From positions 7,314 through 71,313 of the forward strand of contig JAFGMD010000024.1 of assembly GCA_016927685.1 (NCBI GenBank): a stretch of DNA of 64,000 bases. The letters run 5' to 3'. Origin of the DNA: Candidatus Falkowbacteria bacterium (lineage in GTDB: Bacteria > Patescibacteriota > Patescibacteriia > CAIXNZ01). The first letter of the stretch is position 1. Each line of letters starts with the position of its first letter. The translations under genes were made by a program, and so were the position numbers. Shown piece by piece: positions 45,859-56,724 of this stretch. Below the pieces are notes generated by a model. That model made no database searches, was not told where the DNA came from, and was given only the letters and a program-made list of their open reading frames with translations.

Positions 45859-47223
45859 CTATTTATAGGTTTGATTAATTTTTTGCACTGCCAGAGAGAC
45901 AATTTCATTGGTTTTTAATATGCCCTCTAAATTACCAGATATCATTTCTTCTAAAATTTTATCGCTTGCCTCTGCATCTTTGCCTTTATACCAGCTCCTT
46001 GACGTAAGAATCTGGTCAGCGAATGGTGCTAATTCCAAATCATCTGTCTGTGTAATTATCAAATTTCTTAGAGCTATAGGTAATCGTGATTTTTGCAAAT
46101 ATGTTTTATTCATTTCTTCATTCGTTGTCATAAATATTATAAAATCCCACGCCTCATTTTGATTTTTACTTTTTTTAGATACTGTCTCTGTCCAGTAATT
46201 CGCAAAATTTATTGGCGTACCCACTTGAGGCATTTTCGCAATTTCAAAATTTAATTTTGGAGCACGCGCTTTAATAGTAGAAAGATTATAAGCATAACCA
46301 AAGAAAAAGGCTGTTTTACCGCTCATAAAGCTTTCCAATGAATTTGGCAAATTTTCATTCCAAGTATAAGATTGTGTCGCTGGAGAGGCAAAGCCATTAT
46401 AAAAGTTTAAAGCTTCAGCAGCTGGGGGGAGCTCTCTTTGATAGCCAGTTGGCTTTTGGTTAAATGTTGCATAACCATTAGAATCTGTCATGGGGGTACC
46501 ATTTTGCATCATGAGCAAGCTGATTATATCAGGAGAGCGCGCAACATTAGTGGCCGTTCCAATGGCCGCTCCTGATTGGATAATATTGCCTTTTGAATCT
46601 TGCTTTGTTAATTTAATGACGTCTTCTCTGAATTCATCCCAGTTAGTCGGCGGATTAGAAATACCAGCATTATTCAATAGGTCCCGATTATAATATAAGG
46701 CTAATGTATCAATACTTAACGGTAGGCCGTAAATTTGATCATTAATGACCTGATTATCGTAAATAACATCAGGAAATAGAGCTTTAACATCTCTTAGTGT
46801 TAAAGTTTTTTTTGTGCGCATTTCAGTATAAGTTTCTTTCTTGATGGTACCCTTAGTTACTTGATATGCAATTGTTACAGTCGCTGGTAAGGGAGAGATA
46901 AGACTTTGATATTCCCTCATCCAAGTAGTATTAATTGAAAAAATATCAGGGCCTCTATCTTCTGCTAAAGCACGCACTAATTGTTTTTCGTATTCATCAT
47001 AAGTAAAGTTTCTGTAATTAATAACAATATGCGGATGCTCTTTCTGATAGGCACTTATTAAATCCTGGACATCTGAACTTTCCTCAAATACTTTCCAGTA
47101 TTCAAGAGTAACTGGTTGTGGTTTGCCTAAAGTTAAACCAGCGGGCGGTCCTCCGCATTTGAAGCCACTAGTAACCAATAAAGCAGCTAGTAAGAAAAAA
47201 ATTATTATTTTGGTTGTTTTCAT
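45859..47223 (-). CDS. Extracellular solute-binding protein (sugar ABC, family 1), lipoprotein; start revised to MKTTK
   Basis: GPDIF, IYGLPLSIDTLALYYNRDL, FMSGKTAFFF; SGFKC lipobox-like. Confidence 0.88.
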   Translation of the reverse strand: MKTTKIIIFFLLAALLVTSGFKCGGPPAGLTLGKPQPVTLEYWKVFEESSDVQDLISAYQKEHPHIVINYRNFTYDEYEKQLVRALAEDRGPDIFSINTTWMREYQSLISPLPATVTIAYQVTKGTIKKETYTEMRTKKTLTLRDVKALFPDVIYDNQVINDQIYGLPLSIDTLALYYNRDLLNNAGISNPPTNWDEFREDVIKLTKQDSKGNIIQSGAAIGTATNVARSPDIISLLMMQNGTPMTDSNGYATFNQKPTGYQRELPPAAEALNFYNGFASPATQSYTWNENLPNSLESFMSGKTAFFFGYAYNLSTIKARAPKLNFEIAKMPQVGTPINFANYWTETVSKKSKNQNEAWDFIIFMTTNEEMNKTYLQKSRLPIALRNLIITQTDDLELAPFADQILTSRSWYKGKDAEASDKILEEMISGNLEGILKTNEIVSLAVQKINQTYK

Positions 47224-47227
47224 ATTT

Positions 47228-48094
47228 TTATTTAAGCTGTTTAAGATATTTTTTAAAGTCAATCGCTAAATCTTTGCGTTGCAGCGCCAAATCAACGTTA
47301 GCTTTAAGCCAGCCGATTTTTGAACCAGCATCATAATATTTGCCATCTACCAGACAGGCATAGATAGGTCTTTTTTTGGATAAATTAAAGATAGCATCAA
47401 CTAACCATAATTCTCCGCCTTGCCCTATTTTTGTGCTAGCCAATGTCTCGAATATATCTGGTGTTAAGATATAGCCTCCTAATACGCCAATGCGACTCGG
47501 TGCTTTTTCCGGCCCGGGTTTTTCTACTAGTTTTTTTATTTGATAAATATTTTTTTCTATTTTTACGCCATCAATCACGCCATACTTTTTAGTCCCCTCA
47601 TCATCAATGGCCATGGCAGTTAGAACAGGATCGCCATATTTATAATAAACATCCATTAGCTGTTTTAATCTGTTTTTTTTGGGACTGATAAAAAATTCAT
47701 CTCCCCAGATAACAGCAAATGGTTCGTTGCCAATTACTTTTGCGGCATTAAGCACTGGTGTGCCATTGCCATAAGGCCCCTTTTGTCTAATATAAATAAA
47801 ATTTGCCAAATCTGCTATTTTTTTTATTTCCTGCCGCAATCCTTCCTTACCTTGTTTTTTTAACCAATTTTGTAATTCATAATTATAATCAAAGTGATCT
47901 TCAATAGCCCTTTTTGATGCCCCGGTTACCAGAATAATATCCTCTATGCCCGATTCAACCGCCTCCTCTACGATATATTGTATAACAGGCTTATCAATAA
48001 TTGGCAGCATTTCTTTTGGCATGGCTTTGGTAGCCGGTAAAAAACGAGTGCCAAAGCCTGCTACTGGGATAACTGCTTTTTTAATTTTTGACAT
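47228..48094 (-). CDS. galU: UTP-glucose-1-phosphate uridylyltransferase (start revised to MSKIKK)
   Basis: KAVIPVAGFGTRFLPATKAMPKEMLPI, VEKP. Confidence 0.95.
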   Translation of the reverse strand: MSKIKKAVIPVAGFGTRFLPATKAMPKEMLPIIDKPVIQYIVEEAVESGIEDIILVTGASKRAIEDHFDYNYELQNWLKKQGKEGLRQEIKKIADLANFIYIRQKGPYGNGTPVLNAAKVIGNEPFAVIWGDEFFISPKKNRLKQLMDVYYKYGDPVLTAMAIDDEGTKKYGVIDGVKIEKNIYQIKKLVEKPGPEKAPSRIGVLGGYILTPDIFETLASTKIGQGGELWLVDAIFNLSKKRPIYACLVDGKYYDAGSKIGWLKANVDLALQRKDLAIDFKKYLKQLK

Positions 48095-48219
48095 ATCAAA
48101 AATAACTAAAAATAGGTATTTCTTTAATTTAATAATATCACAAAATAAGCCAAAATAAAACAAATTTACCCCAAGCATTTATCTTGGGGTAAATTTTATT
48201 TAAATATGGAGCTTTGTTG

Positions 48220-50487
48220 TTATTTTTTAGTGACTTCAGTATTTAAGGTCAAATTGCCCGTGCTTCCCAAATAAATCTGTGTTTTGCCGTCATAAAGCTT
48301 GAAAACTTGCGGATAAGTATTAGCTTTCCAGTAGGCTTGAAGTTTGAAAGTAAAGGTAATTTTTTCGCCAGGTTTTACCTCTTTTTTGTATTGTTTTACT
48401 GTTTTATTATTTAGCCAGGTCCAATCTTTAAACCAGGAATTTGTGCCATCAATGTCATAGCTTCTAATAGTTGGCAATTTCCATGTTTTTGTGCCAGTAT
48501 TTTCGAAGGTCAGCGTGACAGTTTTTCTGGTATTTCTGACCATGGATTCTGGTATGGTATTTTCTTTTATTTCAGCTAAATATGGCGAAATAACTTGTAT
48601 TGTTTTGTTGAATTTATGCAGTTCTTGTTCGTTATAAATCAAAGAAAAACTATAATCATATGCGCCTATATTTTTTCTGGCCTTAAGATTAAATTCAAAA
48701 GCGACTGATCCGTCTGGTTTAATAGTATCTTTAGCTTCAAAAATAGTAATTTCATTTTCAGCATTAATTACTTTTAATTTTAATTTTTCTGGCATCCAAG
48801 CATAGCCGCTAGTATTTTTAAATTGTATTTTAACTTTTTGGCTTTCAGAAATTCCGACTTTTTCACTAAAAATCAGATCAAATAATTCTGCGGGCGCGTG
48901 CTTAGTGTTTTCCTCTACCTGATTACAGCTAGTGCAGGGAATTTTATTAATAGCAATGGAAAATTCAGTATTGGGGAAATAGCCCTTATCTGACCAAGCA
49001 AGGATAAATTTTTTTGTTTCTTTTGCAGTGCTTGGTGGCGGGTTTAAAGCTAATTTAAATTGACCTATTTGCCCCGGATATACATTGCCGCCAACCAATT
49101 TATAAATCATTAAGTTATCCGTTGCCAAATTATCCTTACCGTCGCTTTCCAGGGCTATTTTTAAAGAATCTATTTTACTTAATTTATTTTTAATAATTTC
49201 ATCTGTCACATAAAGATAATTATCTTCATAGCCGCGCCAGGTTTCTTCGCCAGTATTTTTAAATTCAGCAGTTGCCACGGCAGTTTTTGTTTCTTCAATA
49301 TTTATTTCAGTCGTACTTTGTCTAACAAATTCTGCGGCGGTGGGCAATATTTTTTTATAACCGCCTAATTCCTGCAATAAGTTATAAGATAGCTGGCGTA
49401 TTTGCGGAAGCATATTATATATAATTGTTCCCGGACAATTGGTTTGGCTTAAATCTCTGTGGCCTAATATATTTGGCATCATTCTGCCTTGATATTCGCT
49501 TTGTCCCATTGGATCAATATTAAATTCTCTAGATTTTTCAGCGATTAGTTTGTTTAATGCAATTTTTGCCGCCTCTGTTAAATGATCAGGCGTATTGCAG
49601 CTAGAGTTTTTAGCATCATTCTTTGTCTCATAGCAGCCCAAAATAGCAATGCCAATTGAATTGCGATTATTCATGTAAGCATGACCGCCAACTACGCCAT
49701 CGCCGCCAAATCTGCCCTCATAAATATTCCCCTTAGAATCAATTATATAATTATAGCCAATATCGCCCCAGCCCTTAATTTTTGAATGCCAATAAAAAAT
49801 TGCTCTTATTGCAGATTCAATATTTGTATCGGGGTTTTCGCCAGCAGTATGATGTATAACAAATCTTTTGGGAGTGTAATATTCTTCTTGCCAAAGCGGT
49901 AATCCCAAGGCATCATAACGATAAGATTCTTCTGCTCCCCAATTTTTTCTAGCAATAATTTGGAAATTATTTTGTTCCAGGCTTGCTCTAAAATTATTAG
50001 AAGGGCCTTTAGTGGTGTCTAAATAGGCAAATTCCAATTTTTCTAAATTATTTTTATCTATATCATTAGCAAAAGAAATTCTATATTGGAATGTATCGGT
50101 CAGTTTCGTAGAGAGCATTTGGCTTTCTGTAATTATGCCGCCATCTTTCCCATTAGCATCATCATTTAATTCAACTTTTATCCATTCTGACCAGCTTTCG
50201 TTTAAAAAGCGGACAGCTACATCTGGAACACGATCAATATCTTTTACCTGCCATGTCGCAAATAAAGCATTAAAGGGGAAATCAGCACGCATAATAGGGG
50301 ATATTGTTTCATTATGGCTAGTGTTTGTAGCAATAAAAAAAGAGCCATTTTTGTTAGGATTATCTATAAAAATATGGCCCTCTTTAATATTTGAGGTTGA
50401 TTCTGCATTAACTAAGACAAAAGTTAGGGTTATTGAACAAAAAATAACTAAAATTAATACAAATTTTGACTTTAATGTAAATTTCAT
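48220..50487 (-). CDS. Secreted N-acetylmuramoyl-L-alanine amidase (Amidase_2/PGRP-like) with Ig-like repeats
   Basis: VIHHTAG, GWGDIGYNYIID, YEGR, GHRD..TNCPG; repeated FKNTG..W. Confidence 0.85.
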   Translation of the reverse strand: MKFTLKSKFVLILVIFCSITLTFVLVNAESTSNIKEGHIFIDNPNKNGSFFIATNTSHNETISPIMRADFPFNALFATWQVKDIDRVPDVAVRFLNESWSEWIKVELNDDANGKDGGIITESQMLSTKLTDTFQYRISFANDIDKNNLEKLEFAYLDTTKGPSNNFRASLEQNNFQIIARKNWGAEESYRYDALGLPLWQEEYYTPKRFVIHHTAGENPDTNIESAIRAIFYWHSKIKGWGDIGYNYIIDSKGNIYEGRFGGDGVVGGHAYMNNRNSIGIAILGCYETKNDAKNSSCNTPDHLTEAAKIALNKLIAEKSREFNIDPMGQSEYQGRMMPNILGHRDLSQTNCPGTIIYNMLPQIRQLSYNLLQELGGYKKILPTAAEFVRQSTTEINIEETKTAVATAEFKNTGEETWRGYEDNYLYVTDEIIKNKLSKIDSLKIALESDGKDNLATDNLMIYKLVGGNVYPGQIGQFKLALNPPPSTAKETKKFILAWSDKGYFPNTEFSIAINKIPCTSCNQVEENTKHAPAELFDLIFSEKVGISESQKVKIQFKNTSGYAWMPEKLKLKVINAENEITIFEAKDTIKPDGSVAFEFNLKARKNIGAYDYSFSLIYNEQELHKFNKTIQVISPYLAEIKENTIPESMVRNTRKTVTLTFENTGTKTWKLPTIRSYDIDGTNSWFKDWTWLNNKTVKQYKKEVKPGEKITFTFKLQAYWKANTYPQVFKLYDGKTQIYLGSTGNLTLNTEVTKK

Positions 50488-50614
50488 TTTTGTTTTTATT
50501 TTAAGAATTTAGCTAATTTTAGCTTAATTCTATATTCATTATAGCATATTTTTTTGGCTTTGTAAAGAACATTAATTAAAAAAATGGCTAATTAAAGCCA
50601 TTTTTTATTAATAT

Positions 50615-52069
50615 TTATAATGAATTATCAATTGAGGGTAATTCTGGTCTTGCTTTAGTTCGCAAAATTTCCTGGACGAATTCTCTTGAAAACCCCTTGA
50701 ATAAATATATAAATATTAAATATATAATACTAGCTAAGATAATTTGTAAAATTACATTAAGATTAGCCAAAAAATACAAGCCTAAACACATAAATGCTGA
50801 AGCTAGAATTGTTTTAGGAATAATGGCTAAATTTGGCCAAAATTTAATAGTTTTTACAGTAACAATTAGGTTAAAAATAAGAATCATTGCTTCAGAAATT
50901 ACTGTAAATACCGCAGCGCCATAATAGCCATATTTTGGTATGGTAATTAAATATCCAATCAGGGAAATTAGCGCAACAAAAACATATGCCCACACCATCT
51001 TTCTTTGTTTGTCTAAAGTTACAATAGTATAGCCAAAGAGCGAATTTATAAAAATAATGCCCGTGGCTACAATAATTATTTTTAAGACATCGCCTGAAGC
51101 TGAAAATTCAGACCCAGCAATTAAAAGCATTAATTTTTTAGCAACAAAAAGCGTGCCAAAAACCATTGGTAAGCTAATTATAAGTAAAATATCAAATGTT
51201 TTTTGAAAAATATCTTTAAAACGATCATAATTTTTTTCTATCCAAGCTGCGGTTAAAATAGGGAAAATAATTCCCACAAATAAATAGATAAAGTTTACTA
51301 AAATTTCCAAGACACGATATGGCGCATTATATATTCCAACCTCTGCCTGAGATCTTGTTAAAGATAAAATCAAAGTATCGGCTTTAAAGTAAACTAAATT
51401 TAGAGCAATAGATAGGGCTAGTGGCCAAGTGATATAAAATATTTTTTTCCAAATCTGCCAATCAAAGGCAAATTTTATTTTTACAAATTTTAAAGCAAAA
51501 AGATAATTCAAAATAAAATTTGTCAAACTGCCCAATACAACTGCCCAGACAATAGCTATCAAACCTTTGTCAGCAAAAGCAAAATAAGCGACTAAAAATA
51601 AAAGTATTAATCGTCCCGCAACTTCTGAAATAGCCACGCCATTTAATTTTAATTCTTTTTGAAATAAACTAATTAGAATTTGATTAAGCGAGGAAATAAA
51701 AAATGATAAAGAAGCAATGGCAATGCCAAACTTTACTATATTGCTATAAGGGAAAAAAATAACAACAAGTGGCGCCAGTCCTAAAAAAATTAAAGCGCTA
51801 AAAAATCTGAAAGTAAAAATATTATTCATGGCTCTCCCTTTTTCCAATGAGGGATCAGAAATCAATTTTATTACAGTCAGAGATAATCCCATGTCTACTA
51901 AAATGGCAAACAGCTGAAGATAGGCCATAATAGTAGAATATTGTCCAAAGCCTATTTGACCAAGATAACGAGTCATTATGGCAATGGTCAGCACGCCAAT
52001 TAGCGTACCCAAAATTTTGCCGATAAATTGGATTATTGTATTGTAGGCAATTTTTCTTGTTAGTGACAT
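50615..52069 (-). CDS. Wzx-type polysaccharide flippase
   Basis: About 14 TM helices; TRYLG..GFGQY, DMGL, EVGIYNA. Confidence 0.88.
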   Translation of the reverse strand: MSLTRKIAYNTIIQFIGKILGTLIGVLTIAIMTRYLGQIGFGQYSTIMAYLQLFAILVDMGLSLTVIKLISDPSLEKGRAMNNIFTFRFFSALIFLGLAPLVVIFFPYSNIVKFGIAIASLSFFISSLNQILISLFQKELKLNGVAISEVAGRLILLFLVAYFAFADKGLIAIVWAVVLGSLTNFILNYLFALKFVKIKFAFDWQIWKKIFYITWPLALSIALNLVYFKADTLILSLTRSQAEVGIYNAPYRVLEILVNFIYLFVGIIFPILTAAWIEKNYDRFKDIFQKTFDILLIISLPMVFGTLFVAKKLMLLIAGSEFSASGDVLKIIIVATGIIFINSLFGYTIVTLDKQRKMVWAYVFVALISLIGYLITIPKYGYYGAAVFTVISEAMILIFNLIVTVKTIKFWPNLAIIPKTILASAFMCLGLYFLANLNVILQIILASIIYLIFIYLFKGFSREFVQEILRTKARPELPSIDNSL

Positions 52070-52280
52070 ATATTTAATTTAATGATACTAAAAAAGTCAA
52101 TTATCGTCTAGGTTTTGTGCTATTTTTCAGTAACAAAAATTTTAAAGCATTGAGCAATTTTTACTTGAAAATACTGGGATTTTGATGAACACAAAAATTA
52201 TACAAAGAGTCCAAATTCATTGACCCAAAATGAAAAAAATGCTATAATAGATATATAAAATAAAAATAAAAACAAATATT

Positions 52281-54089
52281 ATGAAAGCCACTTATAACAC
52301 ATATTTCGGCTGGAAATATTGCAAGCAAAAAGAATTAGCTATGAGCAGAAAAAAGTCATATTGGGATTTTTTTCTAAGTATTGTCATAGCTTTTTTTATT
52401 ATATTATTAATTTCTCATCTTTTAGCCAAACTAGATTCAATAATTAAGCTGACATCAATTAATCCGTTTGGGATTAGTATAGCCAATGCGGCCTCTAGCC
52501 ATTCTATTAGTGATGGCGATTTAATAAAATGCTCCGGCTCAACTGCTGTCTATCTAGTTAAAGATAACAACAGATATTCATTTCCATTCAAAAAGGTATA
52601 TGAAGCTTATTATGGCAATGATTTTTCAAAAGTTAAAACAGTATCGCTAGCGACTTTATCAAGTTTATCTTTGAAGGGCAATGTTAAGCTGCCCGAAAAT
52701 ACTTTAGTAAAGATTGCCACAGATCCTAAAGTTTATAAAGTTGTTAGCATAAACAATTCAAAATATTTGGAGTGGATAAAAACAGAAGCAGAGGCAAAAT
52801 CGCAATTTGGTTCTAATTGGGCAAAAAGTATTATTGATATTCCAGATGTATTTTTTGTTGATTATCAGACAGTAACAGTGCAAGCCAGCCAGCCAATCAA
52901 CACTTCTAAGCCAGCAGGTTTGATAGAAATTTGCATGAGCATTAAACCAAGTGAACAAATAACACCGGCACAAAAAATGCTTTTAGAGCAATGCGAAAAA
53001 ATGGGCGCTAAAGTTACGGACGAGGGAGTGGCTTTTGTAAATGAACCAATGATTCCGCAATCAGTCACATATAATAATGAGCCAATAGAACAAGATACAA
53101 CACCGACAAATTCTGGCAATAATTCCAATTCAGATTCCAATAATTCTTCAAATACCTCGCCAACGCCAACTAATAATAATTCTACAAATCCCGAAAGCAA
53201 TACTATTAATCCGGCTTATGGGCCCTTAATTCGTGTAGGATTATTTTCATCTACCGAAACTCAAACTATAAAAGCAAATACCAGCTTTAAGATTAAAGAT
53301 GCTAATGGGGCTGTGTTAGCTTCAGTGCCTTTAAACGCTTTAGCAACTGCCAGTTTTAATTTTACTAATAAAACATATTCTTTCGCAGCCAATGGTACAA
53401 GCATATCAACAAGTTCATATTTACGCTTTGTAGGAGATTCAAATAATACAGTTTTTGAAATAGTTAATTTAGAATGGAGACCAGCCTGGAACACAAGCTT
53501 AAATGATAATAAGTTTTTGGGCGTTTTAGAATTAAGATACAGCCCAACTACTAATAAGCTTTGGATGATTAATGAACTGCAATTAGAATATTATTTAAAG
53601 GGTTTGGCCGAAACCTCCAACAGTTCCCCGATGGAATATCAGAAAGCTTTGATTACTGCCGCCAGAACATATGCCATGTATCATTATAATCGCGGAACAA
53701 AGCATGCGGCTGAATATTATACTTTGGATGCAACATATGACCAGGTTTATAAAGGTTATAATTCGCAATTGCGTTTGCCTAAAGTTTCCGAAGCAGTAGA
53801 GGCAACAAAAGGCCAAGTTGTAACATATCAAGGCAATGTTGTTGTTACGCCTTATTTCTCGCATTCTGATGGTTATACCAGAAACTATGAAGATGTTTGG
53901 GGAGGCAAAATAGTGCCTTGGTGCCGTTCTGTAAAAGAACCTAATGGCTATACTAAAACTACTTTATATGGGCATGGCGTTGGCTTGTCAGCTTATGGTG
54001 CGATTCTTTTGGCTAACGATTATAATTATAATTTTGAACAGATATTAAAGTATTATTATACTGGCATAGAACTTAAAAAAATATATTAA
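52281..54089 (+). CDS. SpoIID/LytB domain cell-wall protein with Asn/Ser-rich linker
   Basis: LEYYLKGLAE, KALITAARTYA, DQVYKG, GHGVGLSAYGA, ILKYYYTG. Confidence 0.85.
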   Translation: MKATYNTYFGWKYCKQKELAMSRKKSYWDFFLSIVIAFFIILLISHLLAKLDSIIKLTSINPFGISIANAASSHSISDGDLIKCSGSTAVYLVKDNNRYSFPFKKVYEAYYGNDFSKVKTVSLATLSSLSLKGNVKLPENTLVKIATDPKVYKVVSINNSKYLEWIKTEAEAKSQFGSNWAKSIIDIPDVFFVDYQTVTVQASQPINTSKPAGLIEICMSIKPSEQITPAQKMLLEQCEKMGAKVTDEGVAFVNEPMIPQSVTYNNEPIEQDTTPTNSGNNSNSDSNNSSNTSPTPTNNNSTNPESNTINPAYGPLIRVGLFSSTETQTIKANTSFKIKDANGAVLASVPLNALATASFNFTNKTYSFAANGTSISTSSYLRFVGDSNNTVFEIVNLEWRPAWNTSLNDNKFLGVLELRYSPTTNKLWMINELQLEYYLKGLAETSNSSPMEYQKALITAARTYAMYHYNRGTKHAAEYYTLDATYDQVYKGYNSQLRLPKVSEAVEATKGQVVTYQGNVVVTPYFSHSDGYTRNYEDVWGGKIVPWCRSVKEPNGYTKTTLYGHGVGLSAYGAILLANDYNYNFEQILKYYYTGIELKKIY

Positions 54090-54136
54090 ATTTTTGAAAC
54101 AAAAAAGCTCCCCGTGCTAAGGGGAGCTTTTTTATG

Positions 54137-54715
54137 TTATTCCATTGAATTTTGTGGTCTTATTTTTTCCATAAGTTCATGCTCTTCATTTTTTTGAAAT
54201 TTTTTAATTTCCTCATTGATTATCCTTACGACATTAAAGGGATCATTCACTTGCCTAAAAATAAAACGCTGAATTTCACCAGCAGTTTGCACATGGACAT
54301 CGCCGTAAGAAAAAAGAGTTTGCCAAAATCCTTTTTGAATTGCCGTGACATCTTGGATGCGTTCTAGGGTATGCTCGGCGATTTCTCTGTTAAATAGTCC
54401 TCGTTGTTCAATATTTATTATCCTGTGGTCAGTTACAATCCAGACGTCAAGATAATAATCAATAAAAGCATTTAAAAAGAATAGCAGGGTAAAAAGATAG
54501 TAAAGACTAGACAGCAAGAATAAAAATGCATAATAAATATTATTATCTAATACCTCTGGTTCAAAATAAGAAAGAAAAAGATAAAGTGCCAGGGGAACAA
54601 AAGCAATAACTATAATAACTAGCCACTTGATAATTAAAATTATCCAGTGCCTCCTTAAAAATAATACCAATTTTTCATCCTTTTCCCTATTAGGGATATG
54701 TTTTTCTATATACAT
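54137..54715 (-). CDS. Membrane protein with bacterial PH domain
   Basis: LRRHW, WIVTDHRIINIEQRGLF, FSYGDVHVQTAG. Confidence 0.8.
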   Translation of the reverse strand: MYIEKHIPNREKDEKLVLFLRRHWIILIIKWLVIIVIAFVPLALYLFLSYFEPEVLDNNIYYAFLFLLSSLYYLFTLLFFLNAFIDYYLDVWIVTDHRIINIEQRGLFNREIAEHTLERIQDVTAIQKGFWQTLFSYGDVHVQTAGEIQRFIFRQVNDPFNVVRIINEEIKKFQKNEEHELMEKIRPQNSME

Positions 54716-54719
54716 AAAT

Positions 54720-54944
54720 TTAAATGACTAATGTGGCACTCCAGTCAATTAGTTGGCCGTAGGTATAGGTAATAAAAAGTAATAGAATTGTTATGGCTAA
54801 AAATAAGAAAGTAACAAAAAAACTGGAAAAACTTAAAAAGCCGTAAGCAAAAAGATGATAAAGGTTAAAAATGGCGAAAACGATAAATATACCCACGCCA
54901 AGACCGTAAATAATTAATAAGGTGTATAAAGATATTTCTATCAT
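54720..54944 (-). CDS. Small two-TM hypothetical protein
   Basis: Hydrophobic 74 aa; operonic with ruvB. Confidence 0.65.
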   Translation of the reverse strand: MIEISLYTLLIIYGLGVGIFIVFAIFNLYHLFAYGFLSFSSFFVTFLFLAITILLLFITYTYGQLIDWSATLVI

Positions 54945-54950
54945 ATATAT

Positions 54951-55988
54951 TTATAATAAACTATTTTGCTCTTTATCCAAAATTGGTTTAAAGCCCAGAT
55001 GTTCAAATGCTAGTTTGGTCGCGGTTCTGCCCCGAGGAGTTCGATGTAAAAATCCCAATTGCATTAAAAACGGTTCATAAATATCTTCTAATGTATCCAT
55101 TTCTTCGTTAGTTGCCGCTGCTAAAGTGTTTAAGCCGACTGGGCCTCCGGAAAATTTTTCAATAATTGTTTTTAATATCTTGCGATCAACTTCATCAAGG
55201 CCTAATTCATCGATTTCTAATAGTTTTAAGGCATTTAATGCTAAATTTTCTGTAATTTTCCCATCAGCTTTAACTTGGGCAAAATCGCGTACGCGTTTGA
55301 GTAGACGATTAGCCACGCGCGGGGTTCTGCGTGCTCGCTCAGCAACTAAAGAGCTGGCCATTGCTTCAATTTCAATCCTTAATATCTTAGCAGAGCGGTC
55401 AATTATTTTTTGTATATCTTCGTCTTCGTAAAAATCTAGTTTATACTGGGCGCCAAAACGGTCGCGTAAAGGAGCAGAAATTAAACTGACTCTGGTTGTG
55501 GCGCCGATTAAGGTAAATTTAGGAAGATCTAATCTTAAAGTTCTGGCACTGGGCCCTTTGCCAATTATTATATCAAGCGAATAGTCTTCCATGGCAGGGT
55601 AGAGTATCTCTTCAATGGTTTTATTTAAACGATGGATTTCATCAATAAATAAGATATCGCCTTTTTCCAAATTAGTTAAAATAGCAGCCAGGTCACCGGT
55701 TTTTTCAATAGCTGGTCCAGAAGTGATCCTAATATTCGAGCCCATTTCATTGGCAATAATATGAGCTAATGTTGTTTTACCTAAACCAGGACAGCCATGA
55801 ATTAAAACATGCTCAATGGGCTCACCGCGCTTTTTAGCGGCCTGCAAAAAAATATTAAGGTTGTCCTTGACCTTATTTTGCCCGATGTATTCATTTAACT
55901 TTTTGGGGCGCAGATTCTTTTCAAAAGCGACTTCTTCAGCGCTTTCTTTAGAGGAGACTATGCGGTTTTTATCTTGTTTTTTGGACAT
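54951..55988 (-). CDS. ruvB: Holliday junction branch migration helicase
   Basis: [34 protein letters not shown]. Confidence 0.98.
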   Translation of the reverse strand: MSKKQDKNRIVSSKESAEEVAFEKNLRPKKLNEYIGQNKVKDNLNIFLQAAKKRGEPIEHVLIHGCPGLGKTTLAHIIANEMGSNIRITSGPAIEKTGDLAAILTNLEKGDILFIDEIHRLNKTIEEILYPAMEDYSLDIIIGKGPSARTLRLDLPKFTLIGATTRVSLISAPLRDRFGAQYKLDFYEDEDIQKIIDRSAKILRIEIEAMASSLVAERARRTPRVANRLLKRVRDFAQVKADGKITENLALNALKLLEIDELGLDEVDRKILKTIIEKFSGGPVGLNTLAAATNEEMDTLEDIYEPFLMQLGFLHRTPRGRTATKLAFEHLGFKPILDKEQNSLL

Positions 55989-55992
55989 AATT

Positions 55993-56063
55993 AGCGTTAT
56001 AGAATTATAGCGTTATAGAATTATAGTACTATAATGCTATAAATCTATAATCTAAAATCTATT
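55993..56063. repeat. Short-period (about 8 nt) inverted repeat array centred on ATTATAGTACTATAAT
   Basis: agcgttatagaattatagcgttatagaattatagtactataatgctataaatctataatctaaaatctat; homolog of 2943..3006. Confidence 0.8.
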
Positions 56064-56151
56064 TCAATCTTAGCTTTTTTGAGCTAAAAAGACAAGGCAA
56101 ATAAAAAACCCATAGACATAGATCTATGGGTTCACACTAGATTATCGACAT

Positions 56152-56358
56152 TCAATCGGAAAGGGCAAGCAAGATCTTGCGCCGCAGATAAGGATCGCTG
56201 CTGTTATTCATTGCATCAACAAGTTGCTGTAGTATTTGGCCTTCTTTTGCAGCTTCATTGATTTTCTGTCTTTCAGTTTTTTCAATAAGCGATGCGCCGG
56301 CTTCACTGTTTAAGTCACCACCCTTAGCAACAAATTCGACGATAGGGTTATTTGACAT
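56152..56358 (-). CDS. Small hypothetical protein
   Basis: SD AAAGGAGG, TTGACA promoter, terminator aacccataga/tctatgggtt. Confidence 0.65.
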   Translation of the reverse strand: MSNNPIVEFVAKGGDLNSEAGASLIEKTERQKINEAAKEGQILQQLVDAMNNSSDPYLRRKILLALSD

Positions 56359-56470
56359 CTTTCCTCCTTTCTCAAGATTTATAATTGTAGCTTAATAATA
56401 AAAGTTTGTCAAGAATTTTAATACAAAAAGGCCCTCTTGCGAGAGCCCTTAATCGTATAAGATAGACTTA

Positions 56471-56665
56471 TCATTTTAAAAAATCTAGTAAATAGCATAG
56501 CACTAGAGCAAATGATAATGTCGCAAGAAATAACATTATAATGAGAATGTCTAAGCCAGGTAGATCTTCGAGTATGGCCTTAAAGATTTCATTTGCGGTG
56601 AAAAGGAGTAAACATAAAATAATTGAAAGCACTATAATAGCCACTACTATTGTTGTCATATACAT
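56471..56665 (-). CDS. Small two-TM membrane protein
   Basis: SD AAAGGAGG; hydrophobic; terminator aagggc..gccctt downstream. Confidence 0.65.
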   Translation of the reverse strand: MYMTTIVVAIIVLSIILCLLLFTANEIFKAILEDLPGLDILIIMLFLATLSFALVLCYLLDFLK

Positions 56666-56724
56666 TCTTTCCTCCTTTGGCTGTTTTGCGCCTATTCAAT
56701 AATCAAAGTTACAAACCGATTTTT

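Noticed and set aside
47224-48178. Longer starts given in the track for galU (48178) and the solute-binding protein (47262)
   Set aside because: Family-typical N-termini begin at MSKIKK (48094) and MKTTK (47223); the extensions run into promoter sequence or overlap the neighbouring gene
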